Origin: Chiloscyllium plagiosum
Lineage: Eukaryota
Direction: 5' to 3'
Assembly: GCF_004010195.1 (NCBI RefSeq)
Contig: NC_057751.1
Location: forward strand, 14,809,561-14,873,560
DNA: 64,000 nt
In this document: positions 1 to 13,242 of the stretch, piece after piece
How positions within the stretch are numbered: position 1 is the first letter of the stretch
How the letters are laid out: every line of letters begins with the position of its first letter
Position numbers and translations under genes: made by a program
The notes under the pieces: generated by a model
Seen by the model: only the letters and a program-made list of their open reading frames with translations
Databases searched by the model: none
What the model was told of the DNA's origin: nothing

Positions 1-303
1 AGAGGAGCAGGGGTTTCTCATGAAGGGACTGTAGAGGGACAGGCTGGCAAGGGGTGAAGAGGGGGTACTGAGGGAGAACGGTGTGAGATTAGGAGGGCAT
101 ATTGAGACCACACAGTGGGACTGATGAGGAGGAGTTAAGAGAGGAGGTGTGGGGCCTCTGAAAGGTGGAGCCACTTGGTTGGAGGGGGTTGCAGGAGAAG
201 GAAGGAACTAGTCAGAGGGAGGTCAAGTGAAGGGATGGTCTAGTTAGGTGGAAAGGGCTAGTTGAGGAAGGTGACAGGAGCAGAGGGTGAGCAGGCTACA
301 GTC

Positions 304-468
304 ATGTCGTTACTCCTGCCCTTTGACAGCTTGGTCTGTACCCTGCTGGGCATCTCGTTGACGGTCTGGATCACTCTCCTCCTGGTCTTCATCATTGTTC
401 CCGCTATCTTTGGCGTGTCCTTTGGCATCCGTAAGCTCTACATGAAAACCCTGCTGATAATCTTCGAG
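304..468 (+). CDS. GPAT4: GPAT4 coding exon 1 (MSLLLPFDSL...LIIFE)
   Basis: Translation closely matches the vertebrate GPAT4 N-terminus (LLPFDSL..LLGISLTV..IVPAIFGVSFGIRKLYMK); 165 nt; donor GAG|gtaagt. Confidence 0.97.
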
Positions 469-2129
469 GTAAGTCAGGCTGGTGTGGGTCACGTCCTACG
501 TGATGGCGAGGTGGGGGGGGGGGCGGAGTATCCCTGAAGTTTGATCTGGAAATGAGAGGCAAAATTCCCCACGTGGTTGTCTAATCTGTTCCTGGGGAAT
601 TAGTCCTCTGTTTTTGTGGGTGCCTTTGTTTCTTTATTTCAGGGAGCACTTAAAATCGGATTCTCAGTTTTGGGCCGCGCAGGGTCTAATTGTAGTTGGT
701 GTTGCGGAGCTCACCAGCTGGCCAGGCCTGCCTGTCATTTCTGTAATGGGGTTGTACAGGGTCTGGATGAGAGGCAAGCCTTTGGGAAGAAACGAGGATG
801 CTAGAAAGAGATTTGAGAAATCTCACTTCCCTTAAAAAGTTGGTGAGTCTGGGTATGTTCTCCTCAGAGCAGAGGACATTCAGAGAATATATGTTTGGGG
901 CACTTAAAATTGTTCACAATTTTCACGGGAGTTGGTGCTGTGATATTCTGCAGTCTTGGTGTGTTGGTTTCCCTGAATGTGGAAATCTTGGGTTTCAGAT
1001 GAAAAATTAGTTGAGCCTCACTTGTCTGTGAAAGGAAACTAGCCTTGACTTGGAGATGTGTTTCCCAATTTCCCTCCTGAAAGATTGCGTGTTTGTCATC
1101 AGACTGTATTCCCTGGCCGTACACTGCCCAACATGAAGAAACTGTTTGTCTCTGTTCCCTCTAATATTTTGAAGATTTTAGCCCTAATGTTGCAGAATTC
1201 CAGGGACTTGCAACCTTAGATTTTCTTTTCAGTAGCTGGACACTACGCCAATGATATTTCCTTCTTTAGGTGTGGTACAGAACCACGACAGGAGTTCAAG
1301 TGTGGTCTAACCAAGGCTTTTGGCGTAATTTCTAACCCCTTGACTTTCTCCTCCTGTCTGTATAAAGGTGAGCTTCGCAAAAGTCTTTGTTGTCTGTACC
1401 ACACATATCGACCTGCAAGTCTCTCAGTTCTCTGATGTTGCAGGCTTTGCACGTTTCAAAGCAGTCTGTCCTTTTGAGGTCTGTCTGATTTGGACCCAAA
1501 ATCTGCCTGCATTGAAATCCTCGGGTTTGGGCAGGGACAGTGATCAACTTGGATAGGAAGCTTTGTGTCCCATCATCTTCTGGGACTGTTGAGGCCATGA
1601 AGATGTCGGGGCAGAAGGAAGCCATTGAGTCTGGTCAATGAGATAACAGCCAATCTGATTATCGTCCTCTCCACTTTCCTGCTGTTTCCCCACAGGATTC
1701 TCCTCCCTGATTAAAAAGATCTGTCTGTCAGCCTTGAACATACTGAATGACCGAGCCTCAACAGCCTTTGAAAAGGTTAATTCAATGCTCACCTTTGCCC
1801 TGACAGGATGAGAAATACTGTACAAGGGGTTAGAAATTATGCTAAAAGCCCTGGTTAGACCACACTTGGACTCCTTGTCGTGGTTCTGTACCATGCCGAA
1901 AGAAGGAAAAATTATTGGCCAGGGTGGGGCAGCGCAATGTAAATTTACTGGGGAAAAAATCTAGGGTTGCAGTCCCTGAATATTCCTCAAGTCGAGGGCT
2001 ATTTTGATTAAGATTTCTCCTCACCTCGGTCTTAAACGTGTGACCCCCTTGCTCTGAGATTATGCCCTCTGGTTGAGCCTCTTTTTTTGGGGGGGGGGGG
2101 GGGGGAAGAGACCATCTTTGTTGGGAGAC

Positions 2130-2780
2130 ATGACAGGTTAGGTGCAGAATCTTGTCCCTTTCAAAGAGATTGCCCCTCTTCCTTCTGAACCCCAATGTGT
2201 ACAAGCCCAACCGACTGAACCTCTCTTCAAAAGACAGTTCCTTTGTATCTGGGATCAACCGAGTGACCCTTATTTGGATTGTCTCCAATGTCATTCAATC
2301 TTTCCTTACATAAAGTACCTAGCCATGTTCTGACTGTGTCCGAAGCAGTGTCTTGTATGGTTTCAGCAAGACTTCCCTCGTTTTACAGTCCATTCCCTTT
2401 GAAATAAATCCATTTGCCTTCCCGAATACCCGACGGACTTGGACGCGAGCTTGTGAGAATTACGCAGCAGTACTCCAAGCCGCCTCTGTGCTCTGGCTTT
2501 CTGCAGTCTTCCTCCCATTTCAATGAATAGTCAGCTCCTCTCATCTTCCTGCCAAAGAGCATCACCTCACTTTTCCCCACATTGAATTCCGACTGTCAGC
2601 TTTTTGCCCACTCACTCGAGCCACCCATGCCCCTCTACAGACTCTTTGTGTTAGCGTAAGGGAGCACTTTCCACGTTGAGAGATTTGTGAGATTGAAGTC
2701 ACGACACCCGAAACCTTCTCACGTCCACGCTTCAAAATCTTGGAATGCAAACTATCTGGTCCTGGGGGGTTTGTCATGAC
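2130..2780 (-). mobile_element. Old degenerate CR1-like LINE fragments
   Basis: Decayed RT/3' motifs in translation (LSFEERFSRLGLYTLGFRRKRG, PGPDSLHSKILK). Confidence 0.6.
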
Positions 2781-3039
2781 TGGTAAATGTGAGCTGTGGG
2801 GAGCTTTTGCCTCTGATCCAGCATCAGGTTTCTTGGGATATCAGACAGACAATTCTTGATTTGTACTGTTCATAATGGTGTAGCGTAATTCTCTGCTATT
2901 TGCTGATTTTACAGCGTTCAAGGGCCCAGGTTGACCTGACCCACTCATTCTCGGAGTAGAAGCACTTTTATATTGATCGATATCCCCCTTGTATGCTTCT
3001 GTTTACACGCACGGTCTCTCCTTGCCATCCTTGGCTGCT

Positions 3040-3066
3040 TTCTCTCTCTCTCTCTCTCTCTCTCTC
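3040..3066. repeat. (CT)n microsatellite
   Basis: Direct reading. Confidence 0.9.
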
Positions 3067-4934
3067 CTCGGCACTTGTCAGGTTCTGGGCCCATTCAACA
3101 CTCACTCACTGCCTGCCCAAACCCTGTTCTGGTTTGAGATGCGGGAAGCTGATCCATCGCAGCCGCTCAAGATTGTGCACTCTCCCTGAGTTGGACTTGA
3201 TTTGTCGAGAATGCTTCCAACTGATTTTCTGCCACTTGGCCCGTGCACGCATTTGTTCAGGTTCGTTTGGATCTCTTGATGTGACTTCCAGTGATTTGAG
3301 TGGGGTTCGAACAAGGGAATGGGTAGAAGGTGAAGGCAGAGAGGCAGTTTCTTCACTGGTATGATGTTGATTGCGTTTCTGTGATATCGTTGGTGCGATA
3401 TCTGGTTGAAGATATAAATTGGCTTCTGGGTTTACAGGAAGGATGTGCATAGTGGTGAGCTGGGTCTGCCTTTTGTGAACCACTTGCATTAATGGTGGCC
3501 ATTTGGTCCAGTGCCACCGTAATCCCTCGAAAAATAATCCCACTGCCTCACCTTTCAACCTTCCAAATGTGTCTTTTCAAGGATTTGTGCACTTGCTTTG
3601 AAAAGCGATTCTAAATTCTACTTTCATGTCCAAATCTGCTGGCAGATCAAAATAATTAATTCTAATCTCTTTTAGTTTGTTGTTTCGACAATTGGGGATT
3701 TATGTTTCTCAGTCATCAACCCACTGATCTTTGGAAGTTATTTTACCTGATTAACCAGATCAAAATCTCTTGATTTCCACCCTCTGTTCACTTGATCTCC
3801 CTGTTGTTGTGAGAGGAGCCAGGTTTCCCCTTATCTCCAGAGTGCAAAGCCTCTTTATCTTCGTTGACTATTGTGCATTCCCTCTTTGTTGCTCTCCTTT
3901 TGAAACCGAGCACAGCAGCGAAAACTGAATGCTGTTGTCGACACTCGATGCACGATGTTGCATCTGTCAACCTGTTATGGACCTTGGTTGATCTTCCTAC
4001 TTTGAAGTATTGGTGTGTCCCACCCCCCCCGTCTCTTCACCCTTCCTTTTAACTTGGGGCCACGTCACCATCTTGTAGGCAGAGGGATAAGTAGGAAATC
4101 TGCTAAGGAGCTGTTGGATGCACAGATTCCCTTTGAGGTGCATTATAATTGCGAGTAATGTACAGTAGATATACAATTACAGTAACATCAAACAAGCTAT
4201 AATCTAATCTTGTTTCCAGTTTTTGTAAGAGCAAAGTGGCAATCTTGTAAGAATTATATGTATCTGAACTGAGAAATTAGATTTCAGCTTTCAACAAGCT
4301 CCCTTTATTTACTTCCAGCACAGTACATGCTGTCTCAGTTGCAGAGTTGGGGACAGCTATTACTCAGATGATGTCAGTGGCTGTTGCTGTGTCTGGCCTT
4401 CCCTCTTTAGCTTGTGAGGTTCTTGCAGTGTTTGGAATTAATCGGAAATTCTGTTCCCGTCCTTCTGTGGCTTTGCACAGTTGCAAGGCCCGGGCGCAGG
4501 CCAGGATTTGCCATGTCTTCAAGTTCACTCATGGGTGGACTGGTGGGCGCAGGTGGAGATAGTCTCAGGATTCGTGAAAAATCTCAACTTGAGGAGAGGC
4601 CAGTGATTGTTACAGGGCGGCTGTCTGCTGTCCAGTAAGTTGGTGACTGAAGCTTTGGGAATGTCATCGATGGAAAATAGGTTTGGCAGGAAACGGGGAA
4701 TCAAGGAAACTATTTGATGCATGGAGGACAAACACCCAGCACTGACATGTTGGGTCCCCTGGCCTCTGTGTTGTTGTAATGTTCCATAACTCATGTGAAT
4801 GATAGTCCAGGACGGATTCATTACTCTGTCTGATCTCCCTCTGCTGTACTGGTATCATTTTCCAAATGTTCCATGGGGACAGCCAGGAGGGAAGTGGGGT
4901 TCATTGGCTTTGTCCCAGCGATGTGAAAGCTCTT

Positions 4935-5150
4935 TTCAAAATAAAACATTCTCACATTTGGAATCCCATGTGCAGTTCTGACTGCCGCATTGCAGGAAGG
5001 ATGCGGGGGCTTTGGAGAGGGTTTACCGGGATGTTGCCTGGATTGGAGTGGATTAGCTCGAAGGAGAAGTTGGACAAACTTGGATTGTTGTGACTCCAGA
5101 GGCGGAGTCTGAGGGCTGACCTGAGGGAAGGAAATGAAATTGAGAGGCGC
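4935..5150 (+). mobile_element. CR1 LINE fragment
   Basis: RGFTGMLPGLEWIS..EKLDKLGL C-terminal ORF2 motif. Confidence 0.65.
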
Positions 5151-5152
5151 AA

Positions 5153-5860
5153 AGTCATACAGATGTCCAGCACGGAAACAGACCCGTCAGTTCAACTCTC
5201 CCATGCTGACCTAATACCCTAAATTAATCTAGTCCCATTTGCCAGCATTTGGCCCATCTCCCTCCAAATCCTTCCTATTCATGTCCCCATCCAGCTGCCT
5301 TTTAAATGCTGTAATTGTACCAGCCTCCACCACTTCCTCTGGCAGCTCATTCCAACCATGCACCACCCTCTGCGTGAAAGCGTTGCCCCTTCGGTCCCTT
5401 TCAGATCTTTACCCTCCCTTTTAAACTTACGCTTTCCAGTTCTGGACTCCCCACCCCAGGGAAAAGACCTTGTCGATTTACCCTATCCATGCCCCTCATG
5501 ATTTTATAAACCTCTATCAGGTCACCCCTCAGCCACTGACGCTCCAGAGAAAACAGCCCCAGCCTGTTCAGCCTCTCCCTATAGCTCAAACGCCCCAACC
5601 CTGGCAACATACCTGGAAATCTTCTCTGCACCCTTTCAAGTTTCACAACATCTCTGATAGCAGGGAGACCAGAGTTGAATGCAGTGTTCCAATAGTGGCC
5701 TAGCCAATTGTCTGTACAGTCACAACATGACCTCTCAACCCCACTGCTGAGTGCACTGACCAATAACGGCAAGCTTACCAAACGCCGTCTTCACTCTCCT
5801 GTCCAGCTGCAACTCTGCTTTCAAGGGTCTATGAACATGCACTCCGAGGTGTCTCTGTTT
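5153..5860 (-). mobile_element. CR1/HER1-type LINE 3' end
   Basis: KLERVQRRFPGMLPGL..YRERLNRLGLFSLE..LRGDLIEVYKIM motif plus the conserved 3' UTR. Confidence 0.85.
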
Positions 5861-5861
5861 G

Positions 5862-6165
5862 CATGTGCAGGGTGAATAGGTAGGATCCCTTTCCCAGGGT
5901 GGAAGGGGGCATTGGTTTGAGGTGAGAGGGGGAAAAGCAGAAAGGTGATGGGTGAGGAAAGTTTGGGTTACCCAGAGTGTGGTGGATGCCTGTAGCACAA
6001 CGCCAGGTAAGGTAGTCGAAGCAGATGCAATGGTAATGTTTAAGAGGCATTGAGACAGATAGATGAAGCGAGGGATGCAGACCGTGTGCAGACTGATGGG
6101 ATTAGTTTCGGCTGATGTCACGGTGGGCTGAAGGGCCTGTTGCTGTGCTGTCGTGTTCTGTGTTC
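5862..6165 (+). mobile_element. Degenerate CR1 3' end
   Basis: Similar to the other CR1 3' UTRs (tttaagaggcat..gggctgaagggcctgtt) in the opposite orientation. Confidence 0.7.
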
Positions 6166-6633
6166 TGTTTGGTGAATCCTGCTCTGTAATGTTTCTCCTG
6201 CCTGAAGTCCCCCTTCGTTCTCAGCCCCTCTGTTGTGGGGATGAGCTGCAGGCGGGGTGTTTCGGGTGGAATGAGCTGACCTCCTCGGGCAAGCAGATCA
6301 CCGTCGAGTTCTCCAGTTCAGCGCCGAAGCACAAAGGCTTGTTGGATGAGACTGGAGTTTTGTTTGCTGATGCTGCTTGCCAACAGGATCTGTGTATGCA
6401 AGGCGAGCCAGAACAGGTGGCACCTGTCCGGTTAAACCACCCCCCCCCAGCCACCTAGAAAGGGTGCACGCCACTGCAGAATGTACTGAAGGTGACTTCA
6501 TCAGACTGAAGGGCAGGAGGAGAGTGTAACAGGAACCGTCAAAATGCCTGTGCCGTCACAGAAATAAACCCAAAGGTCACTTCAAATCCAGGAGATCAGT
6601 GTGTGCAGTCGGAATAGTTGCACGCGGAGGAGG

Positions 6634-6990
6634 ATAGAGTCATTCAGCATGGAAACAGACCATTTGGTCCAACTCATCCACTCTGACTAATAATCCCAAA
6701 TTAATCCGGTCCCATTTGCCAGCACTTGGCCCATATCCCTCCAAACCCTTCCTACTCATCCCCATCCAGATACCTTGTCAATGTTGCAACTGTACCAGCC
6801 TCCACCACTTCCTCTGGCAGCTCATTCCATCCACCCTCTGTGTGAAAACGTTGCCCCTTTTAGATCTTTCTCCTCTCACCTGAAAGGTCTGCCCTCGAGT
6901 TTTAGACTCCCCTATCCTCGGCTACTCACCCTACCCATGTCCCTCATGATTTTACAGCCCTTTATAAGGTCACCTGTCACTCTCCAATGC
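6634..6990 (-). mobile_element. CR1/HER1 3' end
   Basis: Same 3' UTR sequence as other copies (gcatggaaacagacc..ccctccaaacccttcct). Confidence 0.8.
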
Positions 6991-7210
6991 TGCTATGCAT
7001 GTTTGTCTAATTACTGCACTGTAACGAAGGGTAAAAAACAAAATGGACAGTGAGTCAGGTCAAGGTGCTGTCAGCTTGTCTCTCAAAGTCAAGCGTGGAG
7101 CCTGAATCTGGTTCTGAGCAGCAAGAGTGATCCAGACAGTACAAAAATCTCCGGTGTAAGCGATGGAATAAAGCTGAGGAAATGGGCTGTGAAAAATGAT
7201 GTTCCGTCTT

Positions 7211-7465
7211 CAGGGTTCAATTCCAGCCTGGAGTGACTGACTGTGTGGAGTTTGCACATTCTCCCCGTGTCTGCGTGGGGGTGCTCCGGTTTCCTCCCAC
7301 AGTCCAAAGATGTGCAGGTTAGGGTGAATTTGCCATGCTCAATTGCTCATCGTGTTAGATGCATTAGTCAGAGGGAAATGGGGCGGTGGGTTACTCTTTC
7401 GAGGGTCGGTGTGGACTTGTTGGGCCAAAGAGCCTGTTTCCACACTGTAGGGAATCTAATCTAAT
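7211..7465 (+). mobile_element. HE1-type V-SINE, 5'-truncated
   Basis: V domain gtgtggagtttgcacattctccccgtgtctgcgtgg; (aatct)n tail. Confidence 0.85.
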
Positions 7466-8191
7466 CATTCCACTTCCGGTTTAAATTGACACATCTGCTC
7501 TTCAGAGCACTGTGGTACAGAACAAGATATCAGCAATGACCAGATGTGTACCCACTCCAAGCATCATGATCATTGTTCAGCTTTTTGGCTCATTTTTGCT
7601 GATCAGAAATCCAGGGAATGAATTCTCTGGTGTTTAGGAGAATGAGATTTGAGTCCTGCCAATGGATGAAAGCATTGTCTGCTCAAGATTGCCGAGTACT
7701 GAGTGCAGTCAGCGTGGAGGCTCATTGATCTTTGCGTTGGAAAGGAAATGGGGGCAATGCAGGAACGAGAGTTCTGCTCAGGTTCCGCCAGGATCATCTT
7801 GAACAGGCTTTGAGTGAGTGAGTGGCACGCTCCTACTCTTATTTCTTCCATGTCTGCCGAGATCTGAACTGGAATCCAGCTCCATCCCCTGCTGTGTTGA
7901 ACGTGAAAGAGCACTTCAACTGTGGCGTGCAGGACATCTCAGGCCAAATCTGTCTGTCGAGAAGAGGGGTTTGCTCACGCTCTTGAGAAGTTAGAGCGCG
8001 GTATCTGAAGAATCCAACCAACCAACAGCACATCAACAAACAACCCTGCATTAACACCTCAGGGGTTTGCAGTCACCAGCTCTCCGAGACAGACTGGCTT
8101 GGTAAACATCCTTTCAGAAATTAACCAATGCACCAGGAGAATTTCATATACATGTAAGCCTCACACATCTCATCACATGATGGGGCATTGA

Positions 8192-8268
8192 ACTGTCGGA
8201 GGGTCAGTGCTGAGGGAGGGCCGCACTGTCGGAGGGTCAGTGCTGAGGGAGCACTGTGCTGACGGAGG
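8192..8268 (+). repeat. ~33-bp tandem repeat (tgtcggagggtcagtgctgagggag), ~2.3 copies
   Basis: Direct reading; resembles the DeuSINE central-domain segment (from memory). Confidence 0.7.
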
Positions 8269-9164
8269 GATGGAACAGTACCATTTGAGATACAAAGTTT
8301 TCTTCATCTGCTGGCTGTTGCTCTTTCTGGCTTCATGCTCCTCTCATGGCAAAGATATGGTTCAACACTAGGGCCTGCCCATTTTGCAAATGCCTGGAAA
8401 CTTGGAAAAGTTGGTGGAGTTGTTTATTCCTGAAGGATAGTGTTGGTGTATGAGTGAGGCGTGGAGTTCAGCTCAAAAGAGGAAGATGTGCAGTCGCTCG
8501 GGTGGAGAACCGAAATACACAAAGGAAGCTTTCTATGGGCGATGTTTAGAGGTCCCCTAACAGATGAAGGAAATGGGCATGTACAAAAATCATCCTGGGT
8601 GTCTTGGAATCTCGGTGTGGACTGGTGAATGAGAGTGCATTCTGGACAGTTTCTTCAAAGTGTATGTTCTTCCGCAGGCTATTCCTAAGATGGTAATGAG
8701 TGATCAGACAAGATGAGTCTATGGGAAAGGAGCCCCTCATGGCTGCAATTTGAACTTGACTTCCCTCCTTCAAACTGAATGCGAAATTCTGAGTTGTGTT
8801 GTCAGCCTGATAAGGCAGAGGGAGCTGATGTGAATTGGTAAACGCGGCTAAAAGGAAAATGCATTGTCACTTTTCTCAGGAGATGGTTCATAACTCTCAG
8901 CTCGGATTTATCTCGATGCTGAAGAAGGAACTTGCGGGTGTTGTCAAATGCGAAGAACGAGTTTTGAAATCTGTCAGATGAGTTGTCGATCAGAAGATTG
9001 GTCAGAGTTTTAAGAAGGATAAATGAACAATCCAGAAAGTACACTGACTGGTAACATTGAAGGAAGATGTGAAGAGTTCCTGCAAATAGTTATAGAGGAA
9101 AAGAGCAAATCCAACCCCGGCTGGTCCCTCTGCCTGGAGAATTGATGGTGGAAAACAAGAACAC

Positions 9165-9370
9165 GCTGTGCGTGTGTGGAATGAGCTGCCGGCGGAAGTG
9201 CTGGAGGCTGGTACAATGACAACATTTAAAAGGCACTTGGATGGAGATATGAATAGGAATGGTTTAGATGGGCCAAGTGCTGGCAAATGGGGCGAGATTA
9301 ATTTTGGATTTGTAATCCAGAATGGACGAGTTGGACCGAAGGGTCTGTTTCCATGCTGCCCATCTCTGTG
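9165..9370 (+). mobile_element. CR1/HER1 3' end
   Basis: VWNELPAEVLEAGTMTTFKRHLD motif and 3' UTR. Confidence 0.8.
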
Positions 9371-10421
9371 CCTCAGTGTAGGAGCAAACGGAGGCTATTC
9401 AGCCTAGCGAGTCTGCTCTGCCGTTCAATGACTGGCCTGATCATCCTCAACTCCACTTCCCTCCCTTTTCCCCGTGACCCTTGGTTCCCTTCCTGGTTAA
9501 AAATCCATCTGTCTCAGTCTGGAGGACACTTAATGGCGCAGGTGTGAGGAGCTGAAGGGGGCTGTTCCTGTGCTGTGTTGTTCTGAGCCCTCTGCAGTCA
9601 AGAATCCCGTTGGTTCACTCCCCTCCTGAGAGACAAAATTCCTTCTTGACTCTGTCTTCAGTGGGAAATGTTCGAGGTTGAGCACAGATCCTTGGTGGTG
9701 TTTTCACTGTCGTCAATTGAGAACACTTGCCAAAGATGCTCGAAGATGGAGAAGTGAATGGGAGAGATGATCATGAAGCATTTAACGGGGGGAAAAAGCA
9801 TTGCTGGGATGGCTATTAGATCTTAAGGTTTGACAGATCTGCAGGACGCAGTGTGTTGCATCGTTCGTTCTTAAGATAAGTGGCTGCAGAGTTAGCAGTT
9901 ACAGTGATGTAATCTTGCAAACTTTTTCATATTCTGTGACCTTTTGGCCTTTAGTTCAGTTCCAAGTGATGCTGATCCTTTCTGAAGGAAGTCATCGCGA
10001 ACAGAAATAAAAATTTTTTTTAAAAAAAGCAGTTCCCTTGACAGAAGTTCCTGCAGAATACAGGCTCACTGTTGTCCAAGTAGGTCCAGCTCTGAATGTT
10101 TCAGGCTGCTGAGCTCTCGGTCGATCGGTGTGTTTTGTTCTGACCACCCTCTTTGCACTGGGAAAAGTGGCCAGGCATTAAATTGTTGAATAAACGCACC
10201 ATTTGAATGTTTGGAATGCCAAGGGGAAGGCTGGCAAAGTGTCATATCTGGCTGTGGTACACGATTGAGGAGCTCGCTGCATTCTCTATCGCCTGGGCAA
10301 AGTGTCAGCACACAGAAAAATGCCCAGAATTGTTCTTGTAGTTTGACCGGGATGTTGCTAATGTTTTGAATTCAGTGTGTTTCATGTTTGTTTTTTACTT
10401 TCTGATATCGTTTGTTGGTTT

Positions 10422-11028
10422 GATTAGATTAGATTCCCTCCAGTGTGGAAACAGGCCCTTGGGCTCAACAAGTCAGGGGCAGCCTGGTGTCTCAGTGGTT
10501 AGCACTGCTGCTTCACAGCACCAGAGTCCCAGGTTTGATTCCAGGCTCAGGGCAACTGCCTGTGTGGAGTTTGCCCATTCTCCCCGTGTCTGCGTGGGTT
10601 TCCTCTGGGTGCTCCGGTTTCCTCCCACAATCTAAAGATGTGCACGTCAGGTGAATTGGCCATGCTAAATTGCCTGTAGTGTTAGGTGCATTAGTCAGAG
10701 GGAAATGGGTCTGGGTGGGTTACTCTTCGGAGGGTTGGTGTGGACTGGTTGGGCCGAAGGGCCCGTTTCCACACTGTAGGGAATCTTAAAAAAAAAAGTC
10801 CACACTGACCCCCCGAAGAGTAACCCACCCAGACCCATTTCCGTACCCCTGACTCATGCACCTAACACCATCGGTATTCCACCCTGACCTGCACATCTTT
10901 GGATTGTGGAAGGAAACCCATGCAGACACTGGGGAGAACGTGCAACCTCCACGCAGAGGCAGGGATCGAACCTGGCTCCCTGGCGCTGTGAGGCAGCAGT
11001 GCTAACCACTGAGCCACCGTGCCACCCT
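10422..11028 (-). mobile_element. HE1-type V-SINE interrupted by a second SINE
   Basis: Tail at 10422-10473, body and tRNA-like head at 10796-11028. Confidence 0.85.
10475..10795 (+). mobile_element. HE1-type V-SINE nested in an opposite-strand SINE
   Basis: tRNA-like head (ctcagtggttagcactgctg..ggtttgattcc), V domain, tail; aagtc duplicated at both flanks. Confidence 0.88.
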
Positions 11029-12425
11029 GTGTATGTTTTTTTTAACGTCTTGGGATTTGCCAGTTTCCGAAGGGACGCACACGCTGAGGAAGAGGTTTCA
11101 CAGAGCTGTTGGGAGGAGGTGGGGAAAATCAAGTAAGTCCGCCCAGTTTCGCAGCTCTCAGACACAGCCAGTGTCGGTATAACAGGGCAAACGATCCCAC
11201 TTTTGTGCTGGATCATTCGCGACATCCAGTGACTGTCTCGAGCGTTCCCAAGCCTGGTGGAGTAAAGTCAAGGCACTTTTCCATAACGTTGATGGGAAAG
11301 TTGCCTGAAGAATGATGCCTGCAGGATCCTGAGGGTGTTTCCACTTTGTGTGATTCACTCTCAAGCTTTTATCCTGACCCTGGAGCGCACTGTCTGCCTT
11401 TAAAAGCTGGGCCTGGCTGGTCCACAGACGTACGGAGCCAGCGATGGTGTGTTAGCCTGTGGATCTTTAGGTTTTGAAACTTTGAGTTTGATGACCATTG
11501 CCCCAGATGAACGTGAAAGTTCTGATCCACTTTCCCTGGAGTTTCTGATTTAACATTGATATTCTGCCAGGAATGTTTCTTCGAGGTTGTTGGACCTGTT
11601 GTGGACTGGCTGCGGGAGTCAGCACGAGACCCCCAAGCCTGCCGTGCAGTGGCTGGGCTATCAGTATTTCATCACGCCACACTTGGGCAAATTTGTTCTG
11701 CGTTGCACAATGGTTGGTGCAGAAGGACAGCAAACTGAGTGTGCAACAGTCGGCTACAGGATGAAACGTAATCCAAGGCATTTTAACCTCCATCAGGGGG
11801 TTGCATCCGTCTCCCTCGTGATGGAATGTTTCTCAAGCTGAGGGCAAACTCTTGTCGAACCTCTGCCCCGGACCCATCCTCAGCTGTCCTGACATCGGCG
11901 GGATATTGTCTGCATGGCGTTGGAGCTCATTGAAGTCGAATCTTTCCTCTCGGCCATTGGTTTGAAACCAGTGCTTTATTTGAACGTCCCGTCAAGACTG
12001 CATTTCACGGAGCAAGTCCACTTCTTTTTGGTGGAGAAAGAGAGAGAGGTTTGCTAAATATTGCGGAGATTAACGGCACGGGGTGACCGAGAACCAGTTT
12101 GAGGTGTCGTTGGACTGCACAAAGTGTGGCCGACTTCTGCCTGTGTCACCTTGGATGCTCAGCTGTACTTAGGCCCCTGACACAAACTGGGCCAGTCTGG
12201 AGTGGAGAATCATAGGTCTGACTGATTCAGTAGCACACCACGTCAAAAGGATTTGAACTTCCCCTTCATAGTAGTCCTGTATCCTTGGCCAGGCCTTGCT
12301 GAAGGCTGGTTCACTTGCTGCCCTCATTTCCTGAATGTATTGAGCAATCACAAAGCATGTTACACTGTCTGTACTTTGACCAAGGCACTACTTCCCGCCT
12401 GTCAACCCAGTCACACACACATGCT

Positions 12426-13205
12426 TGATTGATTCATTGTTGTCACACGTACTGAGACACAGTGAAAAGTGGTGTTCTGTGTGCCACACAGGCAGATTAT
12501 ACCAACCAAAGTGCGTCAGGGTAGCAGAATAGAGTGCAGAATTCAGTGTTATAACTGCAGAGAGAGATTAGAATTAATATTGGAGAGGTCCGTTCAAACG
12601 TCTGAGAGCAGCGGGGAAGAAGCTGTTCTTGAATCTGTTGGGACATGTATTCAAACTGACATAATCCCTCCCACCCTAGTTATAATCTCCTCCATCAGTC
12701 AGCCGTTATGTTGGTTGCACTCCTGAGGCCGTGGGCAGTATCGATGGAGTCACTGGGTGGAAGTGACGGACTGGGTTGTTTTCACAACTCTGGAGTTTCT
12801 CGCAGTCTTCGGAAGACCGTTTGCCACACTATGCTGTGATACGTCCGAATGAGATAGTCATCTATCCAAATTGGTACGAGTCCTTACGGACATGGAGAAT
12901 CTCCTTAGCTCGAGGCGTTGCTTTGCTTTGTTGACTGTTCGGATGACATGGGTGGTCCTGGACAGATTGTGGGTCTTCATAACTCCCAGGAACTTAACGC
13001 TGTTGACCATCTCCACTGCAGTGCCTTTGAACCAGACAGGAGTTTAGCCTGTTCTTACTGATTAGTGTCTATGGGTCAGGAAGTTACAGAGAGGGAAGCT
13101 GAGACCTAGAGATGAGTTTGTTTGGGATTATGTTGTTGAAGGCGCAGCTGTGGTCAAGATGTAGGAGCCTGAGGTCGGTATCCTTCTTGTTCAGGTGTGC
13201 CAGGG
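12426..13205 (-). mobile_element. Rex1/Babar-like LINE fragment
   Basis: RT motif HLNKKDTDLRLLHLDHSCAFNNIIPNKLI (cf. the Rex-type YVRLLFIDYSSAFNTIIP); (aatc)n tail at 12426. Confidence 0.65.
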
Positions 13206-13242
13206 CAGGGAGATGGCATCTGCCATGGACCTGTTGCACAGG

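Noticed and set aside
262..537. 91-aa ORF starting at TTG 262
   Set aside because: The homology-supported start is ATG 304 and the exon ends at the donor 469; the remainder is UTR and intron read-through
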